This document shows positions 61,899 through 64,000 of a stretch of 64,000 nucleotides of DNA, in pieces. The first letter of the stretch is position 1. Each line of letters starts with the position of its first letter. Both the position numbers and the translations under genes were made by a program. The DNA comes from Eledone cirrhosa. Lineage: Eukaryota. Under the pieces are notes generated by a model. That model saw only the letters and a program-made list of their open reading frames with translations. It was not told the origin of the DNA and searched no databases. The DNA lies in the NCBI GenBank assembly GCA_964016885.1, contig OZ024751.1:14446001-14510000 (forward strand). Reading direction: 5' to 3'.

Positions 61899-61912
61899 CT
61901 GCATTATCACAT

Positions 61913-62072
61913 AACTCTTACAAAACAGACCCCCTCCCTCATCCCCCCAAAAAACTCTTACAGAACAGACCCCCTCCCTCATGCCCCCAAAAAACTCTTA
62001 CAGAACAGACCCCCTCCCTCATCCCCCCAAAAAACTCTTACAGAACAGACCCCCTCCCTCATCCCCCCCAAA
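61913..62072. repeat. 40-bp tandem repeat x ~4; a ~95-bp tandem duplication lies at 61578-61780
   Basis: AACTCTTACAGAACAGACCCCCTCCCTCATCCCCCCAAAA. Confidence 0.9.
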
Positions 62073-62396
62073 ACAAAAACAAAAATAAACACGAAAAAGA
62101 TATTTTTTTTCCTATTTATCTTTTTTGACAGAATTATTTCTAGAATATTCTTCCTCAGCTTAGCAATAATACACCATTATTACATTCTTTAGTTGGAATT
62201 TGTTTTTTGTTGTTTTGTTTGTTTGATTGATTGTATGTTTTTGGCCAGACATTCCGAGCATTCCATTCATGAAATATTGTACAAGGTTCAAACAATTGGC
62301 TAACTATAAAATATTTCTATAGCAACAATGATAATAACAATAATAATAGTAATAATTATAGCAATAGTAGTAGTAGTAATAATAATAATAATAATA

Positions 62397-62559
62397 ATTG
62401 TTCCTACTTTAGGCACAAGGCCAGCAATTACCCAGTGCATTACTGGTACTTTATTTTTTATCGACCCCCGTAAGGATGAAAGGCAAAGTCAACCTCGGCG
62501 GGATTTGAACTCAGATCGTAAAGGGACGTAACTATGCTGGAAAGCATGGCGTCCGACCC

Positions 62560-62592
<33 letters not shown>

Positions 62593-63298
62593 TGTTTCTA
62601 CTCTGGACACAAGGCCAGCAATTTAAATCAACCCCACTGCATTATTGACCTTGTAAGGATGAAAGGCAAGGTCAACCTCGGCAAGGTTTGAACTGAGAAT
62701 GTAAAAGGCCATAACTCTATGCTGCAAAGCATGGCATCCAACACTCTACCGATACTGCCAATCTACCACCCTCAGTAATAATAATTGCTTCTACTTTTGG
62801 CACAAGGCCAGCAATTATCCCAGTACATTACTGGTACTTTATTTTATCGACCCCGTAAGGATGAAAGGAAAAGTAATAATAGTAGTAGTAGTAGTAACAA
62901 TAATAATAGTAGTAGTAGTAGTAATAACAATAATAATAGTAATAGTAATAGTAGTAATAGTAATAGTAGTAATAGTAGTAGTAGTAGTAACAATAGTAAT
63001 AGTAATAGTAGTAGTAGTAATAGTAGTAGTAGTAGTAAAAATAGTAATAGTAATAGTAGTAGTAGTAGTAAAAATAATAATAGTAATAGTAGTAATAGTA
63101 GTAATAATAATTGTTTCTACTTTAGGCACAAGGCCAGCAATTACCCAGTGCATTACTGGTACTTTATTTTATCGACCCCCGTAAGGATGAAAGGCAAAGT
63201 CAACCTCGGCGGGATTTGAACTCAGATCGTAAAGGGACGTAACTATGCTGGAAAGCATGGCGTCCAACCCTCTACCAATACTGCCAATCCACCGCCCT
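62397..63298 (-). mobile_element. Cluster of four co-oriented Meta/MESC-type SINEs (62397-62560, 62590-62772, 62784-62870, 63108-63298) with (TAA/TAG)n spacers
   Basis: Repeated core and A/B boxes on the minus strand. Confidence 0.9.
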
Positions 63299-63655
63299 TA
63301 AAAATAATAGTAATAGTAGTAATAGTAGTAATAGTAATAGTAGTAGTCGTAGTAGTAAAAATAAAAGTAATAGTAATGATGATGATAATGCTACTCCATT
63401 GGTGTTGTTTGTTTGGAATCTATTACTAATACATATTTCCAATTAACTAAAACATTTGATATTCATCAGAAAAAAAATGTACAAACTATGTAGAATTAAA
63501 TAATAAATGACGTCTGTTCTATTCTATTCATTTTTGTTGAAGTTCTTCTTTTATACTAGTTGTTGTCTGTCTGTCTGTCTGTCAGTCTATCTGTCTATCA
63601 GTCACAAGTTGAGATACTTTAATATTTTGGTAATGCTTTGTATATATTAGTGGAG

Positions 63656-63940
63656 GTGGAGGCACGTGGCCTAGTGGTAAGAGTGTTGGACTTACGATTA
63701 TAATGTTGTGGGTTCGATTCCACAATGATTCGGCTGTGTGTTGTGTTCTTGAACAAAATATTTCATTTCATGTTGCTCCAGTATACTCAGCTGAAAATAA
63801 GTACCAGCAATAGCTGGGGGTTTAACTCTGAGATGGCCTGGCTTCTGTCCAGAGGGGGGAGTCATGTACTCTCAGTTGCTTCACGCCATGAAACTGGGAT
63901 AAGCATCGGTCTAACGAGCCTTAAATGGCTTAAGACACTT
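63656..63940 (+). mobile_element. Full-length tRNA-derived SINE (CORE-like domain)
   Basis: A box TGGCCTAGTGG, B box GGTTCGATTCC; colinear with 16349-16626. Confidence 0.88.
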
Positions 63941-64000
63941 GTAGATATTACTGTCCATCATAGTAACAGGTTGAAATAGTAATATTGTGGTAATACTCTG

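Overview
Eukaryotic, AT-rich, repeat-saturated animal DNA. The SINE, RTE and MITE families and the very dense (TA)n/(CA)n microsatellites suggest an octopod cephalopod (inference). I cannot confidently call any host protein-coding gene; nearly all long ORFs in the track are microsatellite or minisatellite artefacts. Main content: (1) a full-length, nearly intact ~5.6 kb L1/Tx1-type LINE (46246-51880) with a CCHC-knuckle ORF1 and an APE-RT-CCHC ORF2 broken by two small frameshifts, with no poly(A) tail and (GTCT)n on both flanks, a candidate microsatellite-targeting retrotransposon; (2) decayed RTE LINEs whose RT carries a C4HC3 PHD-type finger between RT motifs, plus SINEs and bipartite elements sharing RTE 3' ends; (3) about eight fold-back relics, most next to (TA)n, that look like Penelope-like (PLE) pseudo-LTRs, one with a nearly complete type I hammerhead ribozyme (21715-21797) and several folded back at or beside a hammerhead core; (4) tRNA-derived SINEs and piggyBac-, hAT- and Tc1/mariner-type MITEs; (5) more than ten minisatellites, including a 5.5 kb G-rich array and a 5x108-bp hairpin array. 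An E2F/ETS promoter-like patch (~1.86 kb) and a few weak exon candidates are also noted.
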